The notes beneath the pieces were generated by a model, which was not told where the DNA came from, did not search any database, and saw only the letters and a list, made by a program, of their open reading frames with translations. This document shows, piece after piece, positions 13,592 through 24,588 of a DNA stretch of 64,000 nt (its first letter is position 1; every line of letters starts with the position of its first letter). This stretch comes from Takakia lepidozioides (Eukaryota > Plantae > Bryophyta). The stretch lies in assembly GCA_030704615.1 (NCBI GenBank), contig CM060733.1, positions 48,980,001 to 49,044,000 of the forward strand. Reading direction: 5' to 3'. The translations under genes and the position numbers were made by a program.

Positions 13592-14798
13592 ATGGAAAGT
13601 TCACAGACAAATACCATTTCACATTCACTGACTGGGCAAGATGACAGTGGTGCAAGAGGGAACATTACTGGGCGAGGAAGAGGGCGAGGAGAGGGAGGGG
13701 AACCGGGGGTACCTCGCGGCAAAGGCAGACTAATTGGCATCGTGATGAGGTACTCGCGCTCATTGCCTGCAAGCATAAGGAGCATGTTGCACAGAAGCAA
13801 GTCGTTGATCCAAGGGCGAACATGGTACCTGTATGCAAAAATGGAAAAAAGATTTCAGAGCAACTGCACGCCATGACACAATCCAAGACCCCAAGGAACG
13901 GCAAAATGTGCAAGGACAAGTGGAATTGTATTAATGGAGAGTACAAGAAATCAGCGACTATCATAAAGGTACCGGTCACAACACCTCCTACTGGGATATG
14001 AACACAGAAGAGAGAGATAGATATCATTTGCCGAGGTCATTCAACGAGGAATTCTATGATGGGATGGAGGCCTTCCAAGGGGAGAAAAGAGTCCATGCTC
14101 CACCCCATGTGAGAGATATCCATGCACAAAGTGAACCTACACTAGCCAAGGGAAGAATAGGAAGACAATCATTCTTTCATGCAAGAGCGGAATGGCGACA
14201 AGATGCTCCCGTGGATCGGACTAGTGAGGATGGAATTCGGCAAGTTAACAATAATCACGGTGTTGAGAACGTTGTGCCAGCAAATGTGATCAATCTTCAT
14301 GATTTCTCCCAGTCCTTTGGCCAGCCACAGAATCCTAATATCATCATTTTAGATGATCCATCTGTGGGTACAACACCAGTAAGAGGTGCAACCATTCCTC
14401 AAGTACCAACAGATGCACAGCCAACGGCTCCAGTGAGCACGGGGGTCAAAAGAAAGCGGTCATCTATTTTTTTGCCAGCCATCGAGGCGACGGATAGAAA
14501 TAGTAAGGTGCTCGTAGATGCTATGGACCGGATCAATTCGACTCAGGTAGACATTGACAAGAACAGGCAGAAAGCTAATGCAGAAACTTTCAAGGAGAAT
14601 CTCTTGTATATGAAGAGCAGAGACAAAAAGACTCAGAAGATGAGCAAAAGCATGATCAGTGTCCTGGCAAATTTGAGCACTGCAATGTGTCATGCCTTCA
14701 TTAAAGACCAGTCACTAATGCCTCCACCAGTCCACTTGTCTGATTCTTCAAATGACCAGGAAGACCCAACAGTGAACGAAGCCAACAATGATATCTGA
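13592..14798 (+). pseudogene. Harbinger Myb/SANT (trihelix-like) DNA-binding protein, frameshifted
   Basis: Across frameshifts reads NWHRDEVLALIACK...KWKKISEQL...RNGKMCKDKWNCINGEYKK...TSYWDMNTEERDRYHLPRSF, then the 266-aa ORF 13998-14798. Confidence 0.85.
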
Positions 14799-15038
14799 TT
14801 CAATAGATATGCCACTAGAATAGCTGATCTGCACGTCAAATTTCTACTCAATTTACCAGCTAGTAGGCACTTCAATCTTTTACTCATGCTAGCTCTGCAC
14901 TTCAATTTGTAGTTCCAATTCTTTGTCACTGGGCGATGCAATCATCTGCCAAACATTTAGGTGAACTTCATTTGTTTCAATTCAAGCAACATTTTGCTCT
15001 CTGTATGGCCGTCTATTGCCCAAAAATGTCTCAAGGGC

Positions 15039-17420
15039 CTATTGTTGGTTGAGTCCCGACATTTCAATGCCTTCAAGTACTGGTTCTGCTTCATTTAGAA
15101 CTGGTTGATCTACCATGTTGTTTAGCTGGTGTCTTCTAGCACCTTGAGGTTGACCATGCTCAGGTTGTCCTTCTTGTTCCAACTGATGCAGCAAAGCATC
15201 GACGTCAATGTCTCGGCCATCTAAAATCAGATTATACAACATGCAACAGCATACTACAACATCAGGAAGAAAATTGATGTGAAGGTTGCTCTGGTGCAAT
15301 AGTTCTCTGAATGTCTTCTCCAGTATGCCAAATGCGTTCTCAACAACACTCCTCCTTCTGCATAGGTGTCTGTTGAATAAGATTTCTAAAACTGTGTGAT
15401 TCACATTTGCATTGTATTTGTGCGGTACTATCAGCCATGGCAACAGGGGGTAACCCTTATCGCCTATTATGTAAGGCCGGATGCCGAGAGCCACGTTCGA
15501 TGTTAAACAGTCCATCATATGTGGCCTTATGGTAAATGCTAGACAATCTCAAAATCTTGGAGTCGTTCATTGACCCAGGCATGCCGATGTAAATGTCCCT
15601 GAATCGTTTGTCATGGTCAACCACGGCCTGTAACTGCATATTGTGCCTTACTTTTATATGAGTAGTAATCCGCTGCGAAGGGACCCCGTGGTTTAGGCAA
15701 TCCACAGAATTGTTTGAACCCTGTCATGACTTGAAGCAAGTCATTGCCTTGTGGCCACCTAATCTGGTTTTTGAAGACCACGTTTACAGCTTGAACGAAT
15801 TCACGTAGTACCATGTTCACCGATGATTTTCCAATTGCAAACATCTCACTGGAGATATTCAGCTCCATGGGATAGTTTATACAAGGATCATGCTACCTGT
15901 ATACTTACGGCAATCTGGCATTTGTAGGATTGGGTGTCTCACTTTTTGCGTAACATGGCAATTTATGTAGTGACCTTCAGACACGGACATGCCGAACACG
16001 AATATGGCAGAATCGGTCCACTCCTCCTGGCGAGCGTCTTCTGCCGCACATCTGGTGGACGTAGTGACGGCCACAACGGAGGACATCGACAGAGCAATCA
16101 TGTAGCAAGCCACGTACTACAAGTTCCTGAGCGGCAAACAATGGGGCTTTGGGCCGGACAGGGAGGAATTATTGGTACGAACATTCGAGGTCCAAGAATC
16201 CAGTGAAATGGGCGACAGCATTACCCATATCTGTTCAACAACTCAATATTTCATCTAAATTTATATGATGTAGGGTTTCTAACTACAATAGATATGTGTA
16301 CCAATTGTTAGATTGCAAAAACAATCATGTACCATAGAGCCATGGACTTTTAAAGTTGATTACTATGGACTGCAGATGTTACACATAAAATCTTATGGAC
16401 TGAAAAAACATCATATACACTCATACAATGACACAAAGGAAAACACACTAGGGGTGCCATTTTTAAATCCAACCCAAATCCACTTTTATGTGGACTAATT
16501 ATCTTAAGAATTGAGAGCTATGGACTATTTTGTACCTAAAAACAAGTTAATTTGCTCTAGTCCATAGCATCTTATGTTTTGGGTTTTTGAGGTGTATTCT
16601 TTTACTAAAAAGGCATACAAACCTATAATCTAGAGGTGTTAGGTGGTATATGGACAAATGGTTGTAAACTCTAGATTTTGATGTCTAAATGTTTTTTCAA
16701 ATTAAAGATTAAAATATTTAGTAAAGAATGTTTTCAATCTTTGAGGAGGACTCTTTACTAAAAATGCTATATATACTACTATCTATTTTTAAACAAATAA
16801 ACTGAAAGCAATAGATTCAAAAAAAAAAAATCCATGGACTTCCAATGGACTCAACATATGCCTCTTTTGATCCACCCAATCTTGCAATTGCCCAACCGCT
16901 AACCTATATTTCGTGTTTTGCTTCACAATCAAAGGTCTTACTTTCTGTATAATCTGCTCAACTACCTCCCGACAGCCTCCCGAGTAACACGGAAATGCTC
17001 AATCCATCTCTGATTATCATACTCTGTCACCAGAAAGTGCGAGTACCAGGTGGTACTCCTGGCCTTCACCCAGTCTCCAAGTTCTTGATTCATGAGTAGT
17101 TCGAACACACATGAGACTCGATATTGATGCAAGATGATATAATTTCGCATAGCTTCAAATATCAATCTGTTCTGAGGCTCAAATTCAATAATCTGATCAT
17201 CGTTTTCGACTTCATGGCACATCAATAACTGCTCTTGAGCTTGAAAAAAAACATGTAAGAACTGTGCCAAGAGGACTATCTTGATTGGCCTCATGACACT
17301 GAGCAGCGAGCAAAAAATGAGCAAGAAGTGAGCAAAAACGAGCAAGAAATGAGCAAGACACGATCTGAAGTCTGAAGCGACGAAGTGAAAAAGACTGAGA
17401 CAACGATCCTGGGCAGCCAA
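15039..17420 (-). pseudogene. Harbinger/HARBI1-like DDE transposase, disrupted and interrupted by a nested insertion (~15975-16890)
   Basis: Motifs WIEHFRVTR, SLYKLSHG, FAIGKSSV, LQAVVDHDKRF..GMPGSMND, IIGDKGYPLLPWL, FNRHLCRRRSVVENAFGIL, CCMLYN. The first catalytic GAIDG segment is missing and there are several frameshifts. Confidence 0.88.
15977..16228 (+). pseudogene. Fragment of a MULE transposase (same family as 47693-51231) nested in the Harbinger
   Basis: Reads DTDMPNTNMAESVHSSW...VDVVTATTEDIDRAIM*QATYYKFLSGKQWGFGPDREELLVR. This aligns with DADMPTTNLSEAVHSAW...VDLYEATMHDMSRALLQQATFYRHTTGKTWGTGPDKEELMLR at 48890-49110 (-). Confidence 0.85.
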
Positions 17421-19376
17421 ACTATCTAGATCGTGCTAGATCATCATGAACAGAGATAGCAAGCTCATAATAATTAGGTATCGACGTGATATTATCTCTG
17501 CTGTATCTGCGTATGTGTGAACATAGATAGTTACGTATAGAAAGTTAAGTAACCCCGGTGATTAGTTTATTTTTATGTAAACTAATCACTAGGATATACG
17601 CTATCGCAAGGGCCTCTATCACAGGCCGATATCTCCAGGTCTGAACGTACCTTTGGCATAAAAGGCGCGTTCACATCACCTGCCCTTTTTTTCGTCTCGG
17701 GCAAGTCGAGTAGTTGCCATCTGTAAATATTTACTCTGGGCAGATGACATTCTGGCCTTTGAGCTACATGTGAGGAAAATTCGCGAACCTCTTCCATCTA
17801 TTATATTAAATGAACATTGGCACGCAGCCTGCTGCGAAAAAAATGTTACATTTTCATCCATCTTTATTTTTCGTCTATAATATTTCATCCATGAATAATC
17901 TGCAGTGGGCAGTGGACATGGAAGCGGGTGTCTGAAAGTCGAGGAAGATGGAGCGTGGCTATTGCGTGGCGGTTCACCTTGGCATTACATGCCCAATAGA
18001 TAGGTGCGCCAAGCATGCAGTGGCTATTGCTCAAAGGAGCACATGGCTATTACTGCATATGTCCCAGCCAAGTTTGGTGAAAGTTCTAGACTAGAAGGTT
18101 CTAGAGTAGAGGGAGTAAGGAGCAGTGTGGTAGTGGTTCGATAGCCGCTTGTGGCTCTGCGGCGAAGTACCTATCATAGGTACTTCGCCCCAATGGGGTG
18201 ATTGGTGGTAGAGCTTGTGGGGGGGAGGTCCAGGGAGGCTTGGTATGGTCAAAAACCAAGTTTTCTAGTTCATTCCATACTATCTATTCTTTATGTCCCT
18301 GGATGACAGGAGGGTGGAAATTCTAAAACTATGTTATACGAAGAATATGATCGGAGTGGCGAGTTATATGTCAACATATTATTTTATTATGTTGCAGGAT
18401 CGGTACGTGACTATGACTTTTCTGCCCAACCAGCCCCAAGGGCAAAAGTTTTTTTTGTTTTCTTTTGTGCCTTTTCTCCTAATAATCAAATTAGAGGACA
18501 GGAAAAAATAACCTCGCCGGGGACCAATAAGGCAATACGATCATGGGAAACCTCCCAAAACACCACTACGGGGAGCAAAAGGACATGGTTCACCGATAAA
18601 AATCAGCTACTGAGAACCAGGCTACAAAGGACAGCCAGGACATAAATCTAGGAAAAAAGTCTGCTATCTATGGAACCTGACTACAAGGCGAGCCTGCCAA
18701 ACTAAGAAAATCAAGAAAAGGTAGGGAAGAGAGGGGGGAGACAGCCAAGAATCCATCGCTTGGATCGAAGGGCCTCAAAATTGAGGTGTGCTTTAATTTT
18801 GGAGTTCCTATTCTTCATGCGTTCCCAATTAATGTTATCCTCGAACTCCAGAGGCAAGGGCCAATATGGACTAGACGGGCCACCATTGATCGGGGACTGC
18901 ATAATGGAAAGGACATTGTTCTCCATTTCTTGAACAGATAATGTCGCGCCATCCCCACGTAGAGTAGAGTTGATTGAAGTAGCTCGGACTATTTTTCTTC
19001 AGAACATCTACAAATAATATTTGCAATGAAGTGATTATGATTGTGAAGCACAAAAATCAACACCCTTGCATATTTGTCTCTAAATTTTAGTCAGACTGTA
19101 GTTGGCTATGTACATCCGAGCAACGACTCTCCTCTTCAATATGGTAAATGTTATAGATGAGTCAAAGAAACAACCGAAGAATCTCATAGTGTAGTACTTG
19201 CTCTTACCCATGGTATTTCCATGGATGAAAATCCTATAGATGAGGTGTAGCCCAATGGTAATGGGCACATACCACCACGGAAGTGGTGGTTCAATCCACC
19301 GATTGGTGTCACAAAGGTGTCCACGAGTGTTGTGCGGTTATTTGATTTTTTCTATATCCGCCAGTTACGTACTAGA

Positions 19377-19487
19377 GAACGCGCCCCCTAGGGCTCATTA
19401 TGGCTCCTAGTGAGTCACTAGCGCGAGGCCGGTAGGCCGAGACCTAGGACGAACTAGGTGCTATAATGCGCCCTAGGGGGCGCGTTC
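19377..19487. mobile_element. Fold-back MITE-like element, 35-bp arms
   Basis: GAACGCGCCCCCTAGGGCTCATTATGGCTCCTAGT ... ACTAGGTGCTATAATGCGCCCTAGGGGGCGCGTTC (3 mismatches). Confidence 0.7.
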
Positions 19488-19501
19488 CCTGGCGTAATGG
19501 A

Positions 19502-19662
19502 ATTTTGGGGGCAGATTCTGCGAGGCCCTGATTGGCTGCAGGCCATAATGAGCCAATAAAAGTCAAACTGCCGATTAGGAATGCAGAATGCGCCAGCGCC
19601 GTGGAGCGTCGATCTTTTGCATTTTAATTTGCCTCAAAAAAGGCAGAATCTGCCCCCAAAAT
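19502..19662. mobile_element. MITE-like element with ~20-bp TIR
   Basis: ATTTTGGGGGCAGATTCTGC ... GCAGAATCTGCCCCCAAAAT. Confidence 0.65.
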
Positions 19663-19978
19663 CCTTTACAGGATGTTTAACTTTAACTTGGTTTTCACAT
19701 CCTTCGGCTCCAAGGTTTTGGAGCTTTCACATTTCTGATATCCCGCCGGTTTGCAACAAATACAAAATGTAACCCTATGCGATTATGGACAAATGGAGTT
19801 TATGTGAGGATGGCATCCGGCGGTTCAGTATCCGGTTATCAAACAAATCCAAGCTTATTTTAATAAAATAAAATAAGCCAAACTTAAAAATCTAATGTAT
19901 TAAAAGTACTAATAAAAATAGTTACAACAATTATTAGTGTAGAACATAGAAGAGTGCTATGGGAGACTTTCTATTGTA

Positions 19979-20250
19979 AATATCGTACTTGCCTATGTTA
20001 TTCGTCTCGGATTAATAATTTTTTCTCAAAGAAGGGGTTCGACAAGCTTTTGGAATTTCTGCAGTTCCGGCAATGATCTTCATAAATGTTTTTTTTTTTT
20101 TTTAAATGTTAATATCGTACTTGCCTATGTTATTCGTCTCGGATTAATAATTTTTTCTCGAATAAGGGGTTCGACAGGCTTTTGGAATTTCTACAGTTCC
20201 GGCAATGATCTTCATAAATGTTTTTTTTTTTTTTTTTTTTATAAATGTTA
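19979..20250. repeat. Tandem duplication, ~130-140 bp x2 with poly-T
   Basis: AATATCGTACTTGCCTATGTTATTCG...CATAAATGTTTTT repeated at 19979 and 20111. Confidence 0.85.
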
Positions 20251-20587
20251 TTGTTACATGTGTATGTGGCTAGCGCAATGGTATCATGCTAGAATTTGGT
20301 AGGGCAGGTCTCGGAGTTGAATGGAGAGTCCATGCTTAATTCATATGAACAGAAACAAACAGTGTTCACCAAAGTAGGTCAAAAAGTGCCCTATAGCTGC
20401 AAAAGAGATATCTTTGAGTTCACTATCAGAAGAAAACAAATATATAACTTGAAGCTTGACCCAACCTTCCTAATGCACTTTTTGACCCATATGACTACCG
20501 TACTTCCCTACTTTTATTAGGCAATAATTAATTCAAAATCAAGTGCATATTTAAATTTAGAACATTTTTGGAAAATGTGCTTAAAAC

Positions 20588-21191
20588 TGTCAAGGACGAG
20601 AGCATGACTGAACACAAACAAGAGATCAGACTAGAGGTACAAGACTAGACAAGAAATCAAGGTTGGCGTGGCCGAATGCATGATGGGTATACATGAATCA
20701 AGATGATCTTTATAACAATGGACAAGAGTACAAGATACTGGAACTTGACTTAGATATTGGAATGCAGGAAACTGGACTGGAGTACTAGATACTGGAAACT
20801 GGAGTAGAGTACTGGAAGCTAGACTGGAGTACTAGGACTGGAAACAATAGTAGCTTGAACTTCTGTTGGCGAGACTAAAGAGTGTCCAGTCTTGCCTCAT
20901 ATATATACTGGCTACTAAGAAGTTCCCTAAGAAGGTTCTCCTATGGAGGTTTCTTGATGGAAAAGCTTCCTTAAACAAATGAGGTATGTTGATGGAGAAG
21001 TTTCTTCCAAATGAAGCTTCTTTAGCAGTTTCCCAAGTTACTCTTGGTAATTTGGTAAACTCTCGGTAACTTGGTAAGTACTGGTAAATCATGATAAATC
21101 ACGGTAAGTCATGGTAACTTCTGGTAATATGGTAACTTGATAACTTCTAATATTTATTCCTGATAAGTTCCTCTGGGTTATGTCCATGACA
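20588..21191 (-). mobile_element. 3' LTR of a Ty3/Gypsy chromovirus
   Basis: TGTCA...TGACA termini. A polypurine tract (GCTAGAGGAGGGGGTGA on minus) is immediately adjacent at ~21192-21208, downstream of the integrase/chromodomain. Confidence 0.85.
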
Positions 21192-21829
21192 TCACCCCCT
21201 CCTCTAGCGCCGAGTTCCTCGATGAGCGGTAAAATCTTGGACTTGCTTAGAGTTGGAGAAAATCCAAAATCCGGCGAATGATACTTGTCAAGTATTCGGC
21301 TCTTCGTTCTTGACTCAAATGATTTATAGGTCCCTGCAACCATTGATAATGTCCAACACCTTGAATTTGGGACCACGCAGTGATTTGAGCATTCTGATTT
21401 TCGAAGCTGCCTTCAAACATGATTTCGTTGTCATCTAGGTCCGAAGCCTCAACCTCCAACAGAATTATCAGACTTCGAGTAGGCTCTACTTGCCGTCGTA
21501 TGGGGTCCAGACGAGGAAGTACGCGTCGCATTGGTGGCCCATCATCTCGAGAGCGTCGGCGTGATGTTGAAGGTCGTGAGAGTCGGAACGGCTGATCTGG
21601 TAGTTGCGTAAGCGACAATTCCAATGTATCTGATTTCTGTGACTTCATGCTGTCAATACAAGATGCAAGAGTGTTGAAAGTGTAGTTATATATACTGATG
21701 TGTGGTGTTCTTCCCTCATTAGCGTGTATCAGGTACATTGAATGTATAGTTTTCACCTTGAAGCTAACTTGGCTGACATCATCGTTGTGACGTCTTATTG
21801 ACGTATAGCTCGGGGCTTAGTTGGATATC

Positions 21830-22865
21830 GTTGATGAAACTCTTGGACTTTGTCAGATGCATTGGCGAGGTTGGATGAAGGTTCACACGTTCATTCGCTG
21901 ATGTCGTAGCTTTTCCGATGTATGAAATACTCAAGACGTTTATACTTGATGCGAGAGTCTAGGACTTCGTCGACTTCATACTCAATTTCTTGATTGACTT
22001 CGATTGGTGGAGGTCGGAGACTCTCCCTGAAATATTCGATGGATGATACAACTCCAATAATGAAACATGAAATATTCGATGGATGATACAACTCCAATAA
22101 TGAAACATGAAAGACTGGATGGATGCGCATACTTCGTGGGAGTTCAAGCCGAAAATTGACCGGATTTATTTGTCGAATAATTTTGAATGGTCCCAGTCGT
22201 TGATAATCCAACTTCATTGATGGTCGCGAGGTTTGTATGTCCCGTCGAAGAAACCATACACGATCTCCGACCTTAAACTGGGGTTGGAGTTGGCGACGTT
22301 GATCTGCATACTCCTTGTATTGTTTTTGAGCTTCTGCGAGCTGGAATGTAAGCTCATTGTGAATCGTAGCAAGATGAGTAGCAAGGTTTTCTCCAGCAAG
22401 GCTTCCAACAGTCTTCATGTTGAAAGGGTTTGCTCGAGGATGATGACCATAATTGGAGAAAAATTGAGTTTGTTTGGTCGAAGAATATATAGTGTTGTTA
22501 TAGGCAAACTCAGCCAATGATAGAAGGTCCGTCCAATTATCTTGGTGATAATTTATCGTACAGCGAAGATACTGCTCTAAAATCTGGTTTACACGTTCGG
22601 TTTGACCATCAGTCTGTGGATGATTAGCTGTAGAGATTTTGATCTTAGTATCCAATATGTGCAATAATCCCCTCCATAAATTTGATATGAACTGTGGTCC
22701 TCGATCAAATACGATGTCCTTCGGGAGTCCATGATGCGGTAGATATTATTGAGGAAGAGTCTTGTAGTTTTTTCGCTGGTAACCGTCTTATTACATGGAA
22801 TGAAATGTGACATCTTCGTAAAACGATCTACAATAACAATGATTGAATCGGTGGTCTTGGAAATA
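21830..22865 (-). pseudogene. Gypsy (Tcn1-like) integrase core, GPF/Y motif and chromodomain
   Basis: IVDRFTKMSHFIPC, STANHPQTDGQTERVNQILE, LGPFKI, IHPVFHVSLL, EYEVDEVLDSR..RLEYFIHRKSY. Frameshifts and a 40-bp tandem duplication at 22029-22108. Confidence 0.93.
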
Positions 22866-23764
22866 TGACGATGCAGAGATCATAAAGGAGATTCAGGAAG
22901 CACTGAAGAGCGACCAATCACTAGAAACATTCGTGTCTTTTCCGAATCGACTGCATGTCCAAAACCACTGAGGGAACAACTTTGAGATGTTTGTTACTAC
23001 TGCACAGTCGTAACGGGTAAATTCATATTTCTAATGGCGGATAGAAGTTGCATCAATGACTCCGCAGTCGGCACAATATTCGCGGCGATTTAATTCAATT
23101 ACGTAATTTATTTATTTATTTTTAAACAGCAATTACAAGTGGTTTTAAGCACTAGAGAACGACTCTTAACAACTAGGCATTCATTGCACACCCTATTCAA
23201 AAATGGAATTTTTATAAGTGCTCCACATGGCTCATGACGTGGAATATTTTAATGTATTTTAGGGCTTGTGTGGCTCGTAGAGATTGTTCTAATCGTCGGA
23301 TATAAAATGATCTAAGGGTGGAAGAGTAACTTTGTCCTTTGCCTGAATTTGTCTAAGTGTTGGGAGAGGGATGGAGGCTTGAGAGAGAGACGAACAAGTG
23401 ATGCGAGAAGGACGAAGACCAAATCGAGGCCCATGTCCTGTTGTTGCAAGCGTTTATGGCGTCAAGGGCGCATTATGTGCAAATGTGGGCTCTTGGCTCC
23501 CCTTTGTACCATGATTTGGTATTCTTCCTGATGATCACAAGGTTCTTGGGGGAATCAGCTTGGTCTTAGCAACCCATATTTCAATCTCTGCCCGCTCAGC
23601 TGCACCGTGGTGGTTCTTACGAACCAATCCCACATTACCTGACTAGAGATACAAGCAGCACGCACAAGAGGTCTTCTTGGGTTCATGGTCAGTCTAATCC
23701 ACAATGGGTCATGACACAAGGTAGAGGACAATATGGTGAGGGCACCTTCTTCTTCGAGCTATTT

Positions 23765-24588
23765 CAGCATGTTTTGCCGAGATGTAGTGTCGTGGAGTGC
23801 GATGCTTGCAGGGTATGCACAGCAGGGACGTGGGATGGAGGCTTTGGAGACCTATGAAGTTGCGAAGGGAGAGTTTGATAACATAGCTGAACAAGATGTT
23901 GTCTCAAGGAATACGCTGAATCTCGCAAGATATGGCCAGCATGTGTGCGGGATGAGGGCATTGGAGACATATGAGCAAATGTTGAGAAGAGGTGCAGCCT
24001 GACCGGGTCACGTTCATTTGTGTTTGCAATGCATGTGCAAACCTGGCAGCCCTGGAGACTTGGTAAAGGCCAAAGAGGTCCATCGTGACATTGTCAAAGC
24101 TGGAACTGTACCAGATGTAACAATACCTCGTCGACATGTATGCCAAACGTGGGAGCATTCCCCTGTGGACAAAGGAGTGTTTAACAATATGGCTGAGCGA
24201 AATGTGGTGTGGTGGAACGTGATGATCGCAGGACATGCACAACATGGGCGGGGATTGCGGGTTTTGGAGACCTATGAGCAAATGATGTGGGTCTAGGGGG
24301 TGAAGCCCGAGCATATTACGTTTGTTTGTGTTTGTAGTGCATGTGCGAGCCTGTTGGAGAAGGGCAAAGAGGTCCATGGTTGCATCGTCAAAGCTGGAAT
24401 TGTGGTAGATGTCATTCTAAACATGAATACCCTTCTAGATAGGGAGTGTTCAACAATATGGCTGAGCGAAATGTGGTGTCGTGGAAAGTGATGATCGCAG
24501 GACATGCACAACAGGGGCGGGGATTGCAGGTTTTGGAGACCTATGAGCAGTTGATGTGGGAGGGGGTGAAGTCCGACCACATTACGTT
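23765..24588 (+). pseudogene. Degenerate PLS-class PPR repeat fragment
   Basis: RDVVSWSAMLAGYAQQGRGMEALETYE; GVKPEHITFVCVCSAC..LEKGKEVHGCI; VFNNMAERNVVSW. Multiple frameshifts and stops. Confidence 0.88.

Larger units (their letters stand above)
13244..17652. mobile_element. PIF/Harbinger DNA transposon (full-length, degenerate)
   Basis: TIRs AGGTGCGTTCAGACCTGGAGATA (from 13244) and TATCTCCAGGTCTGAACGTACCT (to 17652). 3-bp TSD TTG at 13241-13243 and 17653-17655. Convergent Myb/SANT and DDE nuclease genes. Confidence 0.92.
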
